Both the position numbers and the translations under genes were made by a program. 64,000 nucleotides of DNA from Fimicolochytrium jonesii (taxonomy: Eukaryota), in assembly GCF_025526975.1 (NCBI RefSeq), contig NW_026515672.1:434001-498000 (forward strand), read 5' to 3'. A model generated the notes under the pieces. It was not told where the DNA came from and searched no databases. It saw only the letters and a list, made by a program, of their open reading frames with translations. Below, one piece after another: positions 1-11,098 of the stretch (position 1 is its first letter; every line of letters starts with the position of its first letter).

Positions 1-1575
1 TCGACGTGCGAGACACTTTTGTTGCGTAGGTCGCTGCGGGACCGGCGAGCTTGAGGGCAGCTAGTCTGGGAGCCAAGTACAGGGGTGTGCTGGCGGCGCA
101 CACTGTCGTGCGGAATGCGACTTTCCGAGACAACGACCTCACGCAACGTTCGAGCCTCGCAGCTCTGCAAGCCGTGCTCGGCAGCATAATCGAGGGGCGT
201 CACGACACAAGCCTTTGGTAATATAAAGTGACCCTGCGCTTCCACCTACTAGCGTCTCAACGTACTGTAACCAACGCTGCTGTCGTCGGTCCTGCTCGTA
301 GGATGCTCTGGTGAACATTCGGGAAGTTGGGCGAGTTTTCCGTCGCGTTCAACCAGCGATTTCTTACCCTGTTTCCTAACAACCGCATTCCACATAAACA
401 ACAGCTCAGCAACAGCTCCAGGAGTCCAGACCGACTCCGGTTACATCGCTGGCTCCATCGGACGCAGTTTACTCCAACCTCGCCCAACGACCGTACCCTC
501 TGCAGCTCCGCCCATGTCCAGCCGCCAGCAGTAGTGACATCCCCAGTCATTAGCGGGAAACCGACAACGAGCGTTCCTTAGCTTACTCCTCAATCAAGTG
601 CACAGGTCACTCTTGTATTCAGCCATGTCGTCCACGACTCGGAAGCACCGTTCTCCTGGCGCCTGCAGTTCCATCGCGGGTTCGACGCCGCTAGTGCACT
701 GTGAAGACGGCACGTGGCTTAGATTCTGGGGCTCTGAAGGGAAGCGGAAGGACAACACTCCTGCATCACCCGCAAAGTTTTATCCGTCGTCCACTGTACG
801 AAACGGCTTGCGTTCTTGGAAACCTTGGCCGGTGGACAGCATGTATCGGTACGATTCATTGGACGACTGGTTTGAAGGCCGAAAGCAAGCCGTCCTCGCT
901 CAGCACACCGGCTTATTCGGCTGCCCATCCGAGCAATAACTTCCCTTACCTCTACCTTCCCTCACACCACAACAAGCGCCTTCCTTGTTCGCTTGGATGA
1001 AGGTCTCGCAATCATGTCGTGCCTGCGTGGGGCTGGATGAGAGCTTTACTGTACGCGCGGGATCGAACACTAACACTTTTCTCAACTCGCATATCACGAT
1101 TTGTGTCACTCACCCCCGGTCAACAAATGAACCTCGCGGTTCGAGCGCATTTGAAAAACCCGAAAGAGATCAATGTGCGAGAGGTGGGTCAGGGGCAGCA
1201 ATTCAGGCGACCCGAGGTGGTTGCGGGACACCAGATGTTGGGTAGCGTCTGGCTGGTGTCCCGCAACTATGTCAAACCTGTCACTTAGTGTCCGTAGTCC
1301 CCTCTCCGACATTGCATCCTGGTCGCCGGATCTTGCGGCGTGCCCAGGGAAAAAACTGTGAATTCTGGACGTAAGGAGCGGATTGCCGGAGTACGTGGCC
1401 CAAACAATAGTCATTAGTCCTAATTGGTTCTTTGTCGAAAGTTCCTCCTGAGACATGTTGAAATCCTACATACTGCGGGAAGCTGCTGGCCTAAATGCAG
1501 ACCCTCTCATGTCGTTTACATCAGTGCTGCCCGTCTCGCATCACGGGAACGACTTGAGAACAGGTGTGCAGCCGA

Positions 1576-1736
1576 TTGTAGTTCGCACCGCGAATAAATC
1601 GACCAAGGACACGTGACTGCGGTGGGGTGTGGATGACAAACGTACTGAGCTTTACCTCCTTCACCTTTTCTTTCCCTTTTCTGCAACCCATTCCTTTCCC
1701 ACGCACTGATCCGCAAATCGTAGACCTGTTTAAAAA
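1576..1736 (+). repeat. Ngaro split direct repeat A1 (161 bp)
   Basis: Matches 36817-36977 (TTGTAGTTCGCACC...GACCTGTTTAAAAA). Confidence 0.95.
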
Positions 1737-1874
1737 GTGGAGGAGTTATATACGGAAGGCATCAAGATATACCCTTCTCTACCGTCTTCACCGCCGTTAG
1801 CCGGTCTGCGTCCAACTGTCCGACGAATCGCCAACTTACGCAAGTCCAGAAGACAAGAGCTAGTATATGAATCA

Positions 1875-2262
1875 ATGGACCCCAGGCAAGACGACGATCA
1901 TGAACAAGACGTTGATCCTACTCAACGCGGTCGGCCTACGGCCAGCTCTCAGATTCAGGCTGCTACCTCCCTCGGAGCGAAACGGCCGGCCGGGAAAGGC
2001 AATCAGGGCACCAGAGGAACTGCTAGAACGACCCCAGCCGATTCCGGGTCGGAGGCGCTTCCCGCTGAACAACCTGCTTCCACCATTTTCAAACCTGCTT
2101 CCGCTGATCAACTCGCCCAAGATTTGCTGGACGCTGAAGAACTACGTCAACTACACAACCAACCAGGTGGCGACGACTCGGAAGCGGAGCACATTGAGCG
2201 TGAGAAAATTGAACGAATCGAACGAGCTTTCTTCCAGCGACTTCGCGATCAAGGGCTTATAC
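1875..2262 (+). CDS. Ngaro ORF1 (gag-like), 5' part, interrupted by the Gypsy element
   Basis: MDPRQDDDHEQ...QGLI continues in frame into 8147-9192 across TSD TATAC. The start ATG is inferred. Confidence 0.8.
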
Positions 2263-2793
2263 TGTTATGAATGGGCGGAGCCGATGGAAATAGAGGCGAC
2301 TTGTGGTGCAGGTTGTTGACAGGTAATGGTATTCAGACCGAAACGAGAACTAGAACAAGACTAGGAAGAACTGGTGTTGATCTGCTGGGGGATCAGGAAG
2401 TGGGGAGCTCAGGGGAGGCGGCTATTTATGTTTTTCTGGGAAGGCTGGGGAAGCGTGGGGAAGCAGAAGGGTACGGAATGAGAGGGAAGCCAAGAGAAGC
2501 GCCAAGGGTGGGGGAAGCATAGAAACAGAAGACTGGGGATGGGGTGGCTACGCTGAGGCTGTGGGCGGGTACGTGGGGAAGTATGGAGAAGCGTTTGTAA
2601 GCGCCGAGTGTTGGGAGGTGTGGCTACGTGCGGCTGCGTGGAGAAATGAAGGCAGTGGCAGGTGTGGGGTAGCGCGGCTGCGTGCGGCTGCGAGGTTTGG
2701 CAGATGTCAGGTTTTGACAGGGAATTGACATTGACTGACTGTTGGGATGCTGTCATGAGGTAAGCGCATGGTATGGACGCGTCGTCCATAACA
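2263..2793 (-). repeat. Gypsy 3' LTR
   Basis: Near-identical to 7611-8141; I noticed one substitution (GGAGGTG vs GGAGATG). Confidence 0.97.
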
Positions 2794-2807
2794 TCACCCC
2801 CTCCTTT
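2794..2807 (-). promoter_or_regulatory. Polypurine tract of the Gypsy element
   Basis: Minus strand reads AAAGGAGGGGGTGA immediately before the 3' LTR. Confidence 0.85.
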
Positions 2808-5800
2808 AGCCACGGCGTCCGGATGTTGTTTTGATGTTGGCAGGCTTTGGTCGGGGTTTGTCGGGGTACTTTTGGTGGAACTGGGCAACAAGCTCTTGAC
2901 GGCGGGCAAGGTGTTCCACTGGCTCCCATGTGTTCTCCGAGCTTGGCCAACCCTGCCACTTGATGAGGTACTGAAGGTGCGTGCGTCGAATACGGGAGTC
3001 AAGAATGTCTTCCACAATCCATTCCTCCTGTCCTTCGACTTCCTCTGGTGGGGTGGGTTCTGGCTCAGTTCGCTCCGGAATGGTGAAACGTGGTTCAAGA
3101 AGGGAGACATGGAAGACGTTGTGAATTTTGTAGGATGGGGGAAGCTTGAGGCGATATGTGACCGAGTTGATCTTCTCCGTGATTGTGAAGGGGCCAATCT
3201 TACGGTGATCAAGTTTCTGGGAAGGTCGGAGAGTCTTGAGATTCCGCTGTAAGAGCCAGACACTGTCCCCGGGTTTCATGTCTGGGCCAGGTGCCCTCTT
3301 AGCATCGGCAAAGCGCTTCATGCGTCCTTGGGCCTCCTTGAGCTCAGTGGCGAGCTGTTCATGGATTTCCTTGAGATGGTTGGCACGAGCTTCGGCTGCA
3401 GGATTAAGGGATTCGGTTGTGGTGGCGGAAGCCAGACTGAATCGAGGATGGAACCCATAGTTGGCGTAGAAGGGGGTTGTCTGGGTGGCGGAGTGGATGG
3501 TGTTGTTGTAAGAGAACTCAGCAGAAAACAAGAGTTCCTTCCAGTTATCTTGTTGATAGTTGCAAAAGCAGCGAAGGTATTGCTCAAGAATCTGATTGGT
3601 CCGCTCGGTTTGTCCATCGCTCTGGGGATGGAACGCCGATGAGAGGTTGACCTTGGTTCCCAGGAGAGCGAAGAGACGTTTCCAGAAGTGGGAGTTGAAC
3701 TGTGGGCCACGGTCAGATACAATATCGTCGGGGAGTCCATGGAGCCGGATGACATGGTGCCAGATCAGATCTGCAGTTGACTCAGCGGTGGCAGTTTTCC
3801 TGCACGGTACAAAGTGCGCCATCTTGGTGAACCGGCAGATGACAACGAGCACAGAATCAACCCCATCACTGGCGGGTAGATCCGTGATGAAGTCCATAGA
3901 AATTGACCCCCAGGGGCGGTCAGGGACCTGCAGGGGTTGGAGGAGTCCGTAGGGCTTGTGTCTGCTGGTCTTGGCTTGAGCACATACGTCACAGGACCTG
4001 ATGTAGGACTTGACAAAACGCCACTGGCTAGGCCACCAGTAGTGCGAGTAGATGAGCTCCAGGGTCTTTGACATGCCGTAGTGTCCTGCCAAACGCGTGT
4101 CATGCATGTCCCGGCAGATCTCAGCACGGAGCTTGTTGGTGGGGACGTAGACAAGGTTGTCGTACAGCAGAACCCCATTTTCCTCGGAGAATCGCTTTAT
4201 CCGTTCTTGGTCTTCTTGAGATTGCTGGGCAATGGGGGCCCTAAGCTGTCGCCGGATGGTTTGCGCAAACACATCGGATGCCAGGGCAGCTTTGATTTGG
4301 TCAAGGAGCGAGGAGTCCAGTGGGGTCAGATAAGTGGCGGCCAGGCGGAGATGGTCAGGGGTGAGGATCGTGGTTTCCTGGGAGCGGAATGCTTCTTCCC
4401 CCTCCCTTAGCTCGTATTCAGAGCGACGAGAGAGGGCGTCAGCTTGGTGTTGCTGGGTACCAGGGCGGTATGTGATGACAAAGTCGAAATCAGCAAAGAA
4501 GATTGACCAGCGGGATTGGCGGCGGTTGAGGGTCCGGGTAGTCATGAAGTACTGGAGGTTCTTGTGGTCACAGTAAACGATGACCTTGTGGCGGGCACCA
4601 ATGAGGTGGTGTCGCCATTGAGCAAATGAGTCTTGGATAGCCAGGAGTTCCTTGTCGTAGATCTCATAGTTGATTTCCTCAGGAGTAAATTTGCGGGAGT
4701 GAAAGGCCACGGGGTGGAGTTGATCTGTGTCATCAGGTTGAAGGAGGACGGCGCCAAGGGCAAAGTCGGAGGCATCGGATTCGACAATGAAGGACTTGTC
4801 AGGGTCGGGGTGAGTCAGGATAGGTGCGGAGGTGAAGGCTTTCTTGAGGGTTTCAAAAGCTAGGTGTGCAGCGTGGGTCCATTTGAATGGCAAGTCTTTG
4901 CGAGTGAGCGTGGTCAGGGGTGCAACGATCGCAGAGTACCCTTTGATGAATCGCCGGTAGAAGTTGGCAAAACCAAGGAAGCGCTGGATGCCTTTGACAT
5001 TCGTCGGGGGTTCCCATTCAGTAATGGCAGCCGTCTTCTTTGGGTCCATGGAAATGCCTTGCTGGGAGATGATAAACCCCAGGAACTCAACAGAGTCACG
5101 GTTGAATTTGCATTTTTCCGGTTTCGCATACAGCCCGTGCTGGCGGAGTCGTGAGAGCACCTCTCGGACGTGGTTGGGGTGGTCTTCTGGGTTTTTTGAG
5201 AAGATCAGAATGTCGTCAAGGTAGACCACAACAAAAACGTCAAGAATGTCACGGAATATGTCGTTCATGAGGTGTTGGAATACTCCAGGGGCATTGGTGA
5301 GCCCAAACGGCATGACATTATACTCGAATAGGCCGTAGCGACATCGGAACGCTGTCTTCCATTCATCCCCTGGCCGGATCCGAAGAAGGTTGTAGGCTCC
5401 CCGGAGGTCAATCTTGGTGAGCCGGCGTGCCCCTCGAAGACGATCCATGATGCTGTTAATCAAGGGCAAGGGATAGCGATTCTTGATGGTGATATTGTTG
5501 AGTCCACGATAGTCGACGCACAGACGGAGGGAACCATCCTTTTTCTTGACAAAGAGGACTGGGGCACCGGCGGGAGACTTGGAGTGCTTGATGAACCCCT
5601 TAGCTAGGTTCTCTTCAAGGTAGTCACAGAGTGCCCGCATTTCAGGCTCGCTGAGACTATAGATCGGGCCGAACGGTGGCTGTTTGCCCTCTTCTAAGTC
5701 GATGGGACAGTCGTAGGGTCGGTGCTCTGGGAGGGTATCCGCGTTCTTCTTGGCGAAGACGTCCGCAAAATCTTGGTATTCTTCAGGAATGATGGCCTTC

Positions 5801-6678
5801 GGATCTTTTGGAGGAGTGGTCGCCAGGGCTTGGGAATCTGACTTGGTCGAATTGGCGTAGGCAATGAATGCCTGGTCATGCCTTGCCGCCACACGGAAAT
5901 CTGGGGCGCTGATAAACGATACGTGGATCGGTGTGGGTGCTGGGTCCAGTGTGTTGGGTGTCTGGGCTAGGGAGACTGAAATCTCGTCTTGATGGATACG
6001 GATCAGAGGTTCAGGGGTTCTTGAAGGCTTCGGGCTAGGTTCTGTTGGCAGGGCATCCCAGGAGGCGTATTGTCCAAAACCGCAATGGCAGAGGACGCAA
6101 AGAGTGCGAGTCTTCCAGTGTAGCTCCACATCATGGAGCTCAAACCAGGGAAGCCCCAGGATGATTGGCGCATGCGGGGAACATGTCACATGGAATACCA
6201 CCTCCTCAAAATGGTCGTTGACCCACATGCCCAAAGGTTGGGTGTGATGGGTAATGGAGCCCGCATGGCTGGGACGTCCGTCAACCAGTTCAAGCGCAAT
6301 GGGGTCCTCCTTCTTGACAAGTGGGATGCGGTGCTTGCGGGCATAACTTTCGTCGATGAAGCACGACATTGCACCGGTGTCAAGTAGTGCTGAAAGCTGA
6401 ACTGGAGCTCGCTGGGCCGATATCTGCAGGGTAACAGGGTACTCGAATGGTGAGGATGGGCCCAAAATCCGCATGGGTGAGGGTATCTCAGATCGGAGAT
6501 TGACATTGTTGGTGGTCAGGAGAAGGGTGTTGCTGGAGATGCCAGGATCGGAGCAAGGTTTTGTGGCTTCTCCCTTGGCAGTACTTGCGTGGTGAGAAGG
6601 CCCAGGACAGGTGTTGCCCAGCTGCTCGGCCTTTACTGCAGCTGGACTTGGGCAAAATCCTGGGTGGGTGCAGGTTCC
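2806..6678 (-). CDS. pol: Gypsy Pol: aspartic protease, RT, RNase H, integrase, chromodomain
   Basis: Motifs LLDTGA, YLDD, ESDASD, HHCC zinc finger, integrase D-D-E (MDF, SDRG, QTER), GPF and C-terminal EWIVEDILDSR...YLIKWQGW...TWEP. The frame is open up to a stop at 6679-6681, overlapping gag; first ATG is at 6474. Confidence 0.96.
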   Translation of the reverse strand, partial: GTCTHPGFCPSPAAVKAEQLGNTCPGPSHHASTAKGEATKPCSDPGISSNTLLLTTNNVNLRSEIPSPMRILGPSSPFEYPVTLQISAQRAPVQLSALLDTGAMSCFIDESYARKHRIPLVKKEDPIALELVDGRPSHAGSITHHTQPLGMWVNDHFEEVVFHVTCSPHAPIILGLPWFELHDVELHWKTRTLCVLCHCGFGQYASWDALPTEPSPKPSRTPEPLIRIHQDEISVSLAQTPNTLDPAPTPIHVSFISAPDFRVAARHDQAFIAYANSTKSDSQALATTPPKDPKAIIPEEYQDFADVFAKKNADTLPEHRPYDCPIDLEEGKQPPFGPIYSLSEPEMRALCDYLEENLAKGFIKHSKSPAGAPVLFVKKKDGSLRLCVDYRGLNNITIKNRYPLPLINSIMDRLRGARRLTKIDLRGAYNLLRIRPGDEWKTAFRCRYGLFEYNVMPFGLTNAPGVFQHLMNDIFRDILDVFVVVYLDDILIFSKNPEDHPNHVREVLSRLRQHGLYAKPEKCKFNRDSVEFLGFIISQQGISMDPKKTAAITEWEPPTNVKGIQRFLGFANFYRRFIKGYSAIVAPLTTLTRKDLPFKWTHAAHLAFETLKKAFTSAPILTHPDPDKSFIVESDASDFALGAVLLQPDDTDQLHPVAFHSRKFTPEEINYEIYDKELLAIQDSFAQWRHHLIGARHKVIVYCDHKNLQYFMTTRTLNRRQSRWSIFFADFDFVITYRPGTQQHQADALSRRSEYELREGEEAFRSQETTILTPDHLRLAATYLTPLDSSLLDQIKAALASDVFAQTIRRQLRAPIAQQSQEDQERIKRFSEENGVLLYDNLVYVPTNKLRAEICRDMHDTRLAGHYGMSKTLELIYSHYWWPSQWRFVKSYIRSCDVCAQAKTSRHKPYGLLQPLQVPDRPWGSISMDFITDLPASDGVDSVLVVICRFTKMAHFVPCRKTATAESTADLIWHHVIRLHGLPDDIVSDRGPQFNSHFWKRLFALLGTKVNLSSAFHPQSDGQTERTNQILEQYLRCFCNYQQDNWKELLFSAEFSYNNTIHSATQTTPFYANYGFHPRFSLASATTTESLNPAAEARANHLKEIHEQLATELKEAQGRMKRFADAKRAPGPDMKPGDSVWLLQRNLKTLRPSQKLDHRKIGPFTITEKINSVTYRLKLPPSYKIHNVFHVSLLEPRFTIPERTEPEPTPPEEVEGQEEWIVEDILDSRIRRTHLQYLIKWQGWPSSENTWEPVEHLARRQELVAQFHQKYPDKPRPKPANIKTTSGRRG

Positions 6679-7580
6679 TTAACCGCGACATTCGCCGTGT
6701 GTATCTTGTTTGGGCAGAGTTTGGCTATGTGGCCAGGTTTACCACAATAGAGGCAAAGTTTGTTTGTGATGCGGTGTTGGCGCTCTAGCGGTGTGAGGGG
6801 TCCTCGCGGACGAGCAGCGTCAATGACCATAGGGTCGTTTGGGCGGTTGTCGGGGCTCATGAGGGTGGGGCTAGTGGTAACTGGCACATATGGCTGTCGG
6901 TTCCTGCTTCGCTCTAGACGGCGCTCAAACAATCGGTTGTCACATTGGATGGCCTGTTCCATCACGGTGTCGATTGAGGCGGTAGGGGGCATCGTGAGCA
7001 TTAAGTCCTTGACATCTTCTTTGAGGCCGCGACGGAAGGTGGCAATCAATGCCTGGTCATTCCACGACACATCGCATTGCAGCTGTCGGAATTCAGCTAC
7101 ATACTCTGTTGCTGCACGGGTTTGTCGAAGGTTCTGGAGCTTGTTTTCGGACGTGCGGATCCTGTCGCTGTCTCCAAAGACTGCTTGCATTTGCTGGATG
7201 AAATCATCCAGGTTCGTAAGGGAATGATGGTCTTGTTCGATAAGGGGCGCCAGCCAAGCCTGCGCGGTGCCAGTGAGGTAGGTGCCAATAGTTCGTATCT
7301 TGGTCTGATCGTTGGGGTAGCGCCTGGGTTGGAGGGCGAACATGAGCCGGATCTGGTTGAGGAACCCACGGAACTTGCTTCGGGTGCCATCAAATTTGTC
7401 TGGGAGACTGATTTTGGGTTCGGGGGCGTGAGTGGCAGGGGCAGTGGTCTGGGTTTGCGCTAGTTCGGCTTGTAGGGTGGTATTCTGCGCTCGAAGTTCG
7501 TCAATCGCATTGCACATGGCTTGCCAGGCTTCGGCCGTGAGGGGAAGGGCGTCGGACATGGTGATTTGGCGTGGAGGCAC
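6633..7580 (-). CDS. gag: Gypsy Gag (capsid plus CCHC zinc knuckle)
   Basis: PDKFDG motif, QTRAATEYVAEF homology region and CLYCGKPGHIAKLC. Confidence 0.95.
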   Translation of the reverse strand: MPPRQITMSDALPLTAEAWQAMCNAIDELRAQNTTLQAELAQTQTTAPATHAPEPKISLPDKFDGTRSKFRGFLNQIRLMFALQPRRYPNDQTKIRTIGTYLTGTAQAWLAPLIEQDHHSLTNLDDFIQQMQAVFGDSDRIRTSENKLQNLRQTRAATEYVAEFRQLQCDVSWNDQALIATFRRGLKEDVKDLMLTMPPTASIDTVMEQAIQCDNRLFERRLERSRNRQPYVPVTTSPTLMSPDNRPNDPMVIDAARPRGPLTPLERQHRITNKLCLYCGKPGHIAKLCPNKIHTANVAVKEPAPTQDFAQVQLQ

Positions 7581-7598
7581 AGCGGCTGGGGGTTGTTG

Positions 7599-7608
7599 AG
7601 CAGATCAA
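7599..7608 (-). promoter_or_regulatory. Putative self-priming primer-binding site
   Basis: Minus-strand TTGATCTGCT lies 2 nt inside the 5' LTR boundary, lacks the tRNA-type TGG, and is complementary to LTR positions 7725-7734. Confidence 0.7.
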
Positions 7609-7610
7609 AC

Positions 7611-8141
7611 TGTTATGAATGGGCGGAGCCGATGGAAATAGAGGCGACTTGTGGTGCAGGTTGTTGACAGGTAATGGTATTCAGACCGAAACGAGAACTA
7701 GAACAAGACTAGGAAGAACTGGTGTTGATCTGCTGGGGGATCAGGAAGTGGGGAGCTCAGGGGAGGCGGCTATTTATGTTTTTCTGGGAAGGCTGGGGAA
7801 GCGTGGGGAAGCAGAAGGGTACGGAATGAGAGGGAAGCCAAGAGAAGCGCCAAGGGTGGGGGAAGCATAGAAACAGAAGACTGGGGATGGGGTGGCTACG
7901 CTGAGGCTGTGGGCGGGTACGTGGGGAAGTATGGAGAAGCGTTTGTAAGCGCCGAGTGTTGGGAGATGTGGCTACGTGCGGCTGCGTGGAGAAATGAAGG
8001 CAGTGGCAGGTGTGGGGTAGCGCGGCTGCGTGCGGCTGCGAGGTTTGGCAGATGTCAGGTTTTGACAGGGAATTGACATTGACTGACTGTTGGGATGCTG
8101 TCATGAGGTAAGCGCATGGTATGGACGCGTCGTCCATAACA
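7611..8141 (-). repeat. Gypsy 5' LTR
   Basis: Direct repeat of 2263-2793. Confidence 0.97.
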
Positions 8142-8146
8142 TATAC

Positions 8147-9192
8147 GCACCCGTGAAGACTCCGATGACGATCGTGAGGGCGGTGCGGATGAGGCTCCTC
8201 CCAAGCCGAAGCGTCGCAAGGAAGATGTGGACACCGAAAACGCTGCCATGCGCTTCTTACAAAGCCTTGGCAACGTTCTATCCTCCGATATTCCCCAAGC
8301 CGCTGAAGACTCGCCATTCGCGATCGACTTCGCCCCTCAGTCGGACCGCGACCGCGCACTCGCAGAAGCATACGGCGTGCGTCAAGTCGGCACGGGTCCC
8401 GTCCAAGATGCCCTCTCGTCGGTTGACCCAGATGTACAACTCGCACTCGATCGACGCAATACGAACATCAAAGCTCTTACCAAAATTCGTCAGATGCTCC
8501 TACTCAAGGGGGCTCCGGTCCTCCCTGACTCCGAACTCAACGCCATCATTTCGCTGCGCTTCGTGGAATTGGAGAAAGTGCATCCCGATCTCCGCTACGC
8601 ATTCAATCGATCTGGCGAAATCTTCCTCGTCGGCGGTCCCTCCCAGTCCTTGCGCCTTTATGAAAAACAAGCCAAACGGCCCATCGGTACCTTGGGGGAC
8701 TGGATCATCTGTTGGAAACATATACGCAAGATATACGTTATGTTGTACGTCACCCTTCGCCATTTGCTCGACGCTTACGAAGAACACATCATCGATCTCG
8801 CCAACACCGCGGACCATTCTAACTGGCAAATTGTTTATGACTACAATCGCATGCGCCGACGGCACTGGGAAGACAATGCCCACATCCCTCTCCATCAGGA
8901 AGCGCCCCACGTCTACCAGAGACACTTCCTCACTCCGTTGGCCTTGCGCGCCTCTGCTCGCCATGTTCCTTTTAACCAGGGGCGATCAAGGACAACCAGC
9001 GCTTATACCCCACGATCAGGACCACAATACTGCATCCAATTCAACCAAGGAAGGTGTACGTACGGCAACGCTTGCAAATACACGCACCACTGCCGCATCT
9101 GTCAAACGACAACGCACGGCGCTGCCCGCTGCCCCAAAAGAACCTCGGAACGTCAAGAACCGCCCACTCAAGACCTCCCCGCCCGAGCATAA
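8147..9192 (+). CDS. Ngaro ORF1 (gag-like), 3' part, with tandem zinc fingers
   Basis: C-terminal CIQFNQGRCTYGNACKYTHHCRICQTTTHGAARC (CCCH plus CCHC type). Confidence 0.85.
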
Positions 9193-9253
9193 ATCAACTG
9201 AGCGCACGACGGCGGCGGCACCTTTCAGCTTCTCTGAGGATCGACCGTCGGAG

Positions 9254-11098
9254 ATGTCCTACAATACGATCAAAACGGACTCCGCCTTCAACATTGTTCC
9301 TCGAAACCTCCGCCCTATTTATGATAACCCCCCCACACGTCCTACTCGGGAGGCTATTCTTGCCGCACCTCCCTTACCTGAAGCCAGCCTTTCACCCGCC
9401 GAACTGACCACCGTCCACTATCTCGTTGCTGCAAATCTATACAAAGTTCCCACACCAATCAATACCAACGCCCTCCGCCGCCTCTGTCGAGATTTCCCCA
9501 ACCAGCCGGTACTGGATCAGCTGTGCCGCGGCTTCGAGTCGGGCTTCCCCTTGCAGTACCGTCTCAACGAGGAGCGCGCGCATCACACACTCCATAAGAA
9601 CCACCCCACTGCCGATATACACGCACAGGCCTTCAAGGATAATATGGAAGAGGAGGTTGCGCTCGGTCGTCGCACACATATACCCCACAGCGTCCTGCGC
9701 GCCCTACCGTACGCCAACTCGGTCCCAGTCGCCATTGTACCAAAGCCACCTGACCCCAACAAGTGGCGCGTTGTGAATGATGCTTCCTTTCCTCGTGGGA
9801 CGTCCATCAATGACCATATCCACCGCGCGGATCTCGGCGAATGCACCCTCGATCAAATCGGTCCGTTCATCGAAGAAATTATAACCCTCGTCAAGACTCA
9901 CGGACCACATAACGTTCACATTTGGATGACGGACACGACGGCAGCCTATCGCGTGCAACCCTGCCGACCTTCAGATCAAGTTCTCCAAATCATCTTGTAC
10001 GCAGCGCGCTACTTCATCGATCATGCTACCCAGTTCGGCAACCGCGCGTCAGGTTTTCACTGCTGCCGCTTCGGGGATGTCGTATGTTGGATTTTGCACC
10101 GTTTCGGGGTCGGGAACGCACGGCACTTCGTCGATAACTTCTACGGCGCCGTCCCACGATCTCGCATCGACGCTACACGCGCACAAGTCCATCGGATCTT
10201 TCAAATCCTCGGCATTCCCTTCGACCCGAGTAAAGACCTCTGGGGGCCGCAAGTCTTACTGCTTGGCTTCTTCCTGGACATTCCCGCCATGTCCATCTCC
10301 ATCTCGACACGCAAACGCACCACCCTCATGGATTTACTTTCTCACACACTCAGTGCCGATCATGTGCCATCCAAGCTTTTCCTTTGACTTCTCGGCATCC
10401 TCACCTGGGCCTCTTCCATCATCCCGTTTGGGCGCACCTTCCTCGCGCGCGCTTGGAAGTATGCAGCTATCGTCAACGACAAACGCTTGAAATTCGCCCG
10501 CTTGTCATGCGAGCTCCAACAAGACATGGCATGGTTTCAAGACTTATTCGCGCAGTGGTCAGGCACCTCTCTCTTGAGCGAACAAGAGTGGCGCTCCTCG
10601 ACCACCCTCGGCTTCGGCAGCGATAGCGGTGTCGGCGGCTTCGGTGTGTGCACAGACACCGAGTACATCCACGGTACATGGTGCGCACACTGCTACAAGG
10701 AGCTGGATACTGCCTCCGCCTTCGAGCTGGTAGCCATCAGCATCGGCGTTGAAACTTTCGGGCCTCAGCTATCCCGCGCCAAGATTCTGTGGGCAACCGA
10801 TAGCCAGACCAACGTCGCCGCGTGGGTCAATGGTCACAGCACCAACGTCGTTTCTACCCTAGCTATCCGACATATCACACACGCCGCCGTGCCCCTGCAG
10901 TTCGACATACGTCTCGTCCATCTCCCGCGCACATACCTGGATGGATGCGATTCGCTGACGCGTAACAAGATCGCCGAGTTTCAAGCCCGTTTCCCCGACA
11001 AGACCGTCCGCACGCCCCTTTTCCCCTCCTACCTCCAACACACGCCCTCGGGGGTACGTATTCGCGCTCTCCACGCTGGAGAGTGCGATGCGGAATGA
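9254..11098 (+). pseudogene. Ngaro ORF2 reverse transcriptase-RNase H with an internal stop
   Basis: RT motifs KWRVVNDAS, TDTTAAYR, QFGNRAS and FVDN; in-frame TGA at 10385-10387; the same frame continues into RNase H (SDSG, FELVAI, TDSQ, CDSLTR). The start is inferred. Confidence 0.88.

Larger units (their letters stand above)
2263..8141 (-). mobile_element. Full-length Ty3/Gypsy chromovirus LTR retrotransposon
   Basis: Two 531-bp LTRs with TGTTATG...CATAACA ends, 5-bp TSD TATAC (2258-2262 and 8142-8146), and open gag and pol ORFs. Confidence 0.97.

Noticed and set aside
1..1570. Possible spliced host gene on the minus strand starting near 1456
   Set aside because: No recognisable domain, and exons could not be assembled with confidence.
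2271..3263. ORFs in and across the LTRs (83, 284, 159 and 229 aa)
   Set aside because: Alternative-frame or antisense readings of LTR and pol sequence.
8090..8146. Start of the 765-aa ORF as the true RT start
   Set aside because: It lies within the inserted Gypsy LTR, so it cannot be the native Ngaro start.
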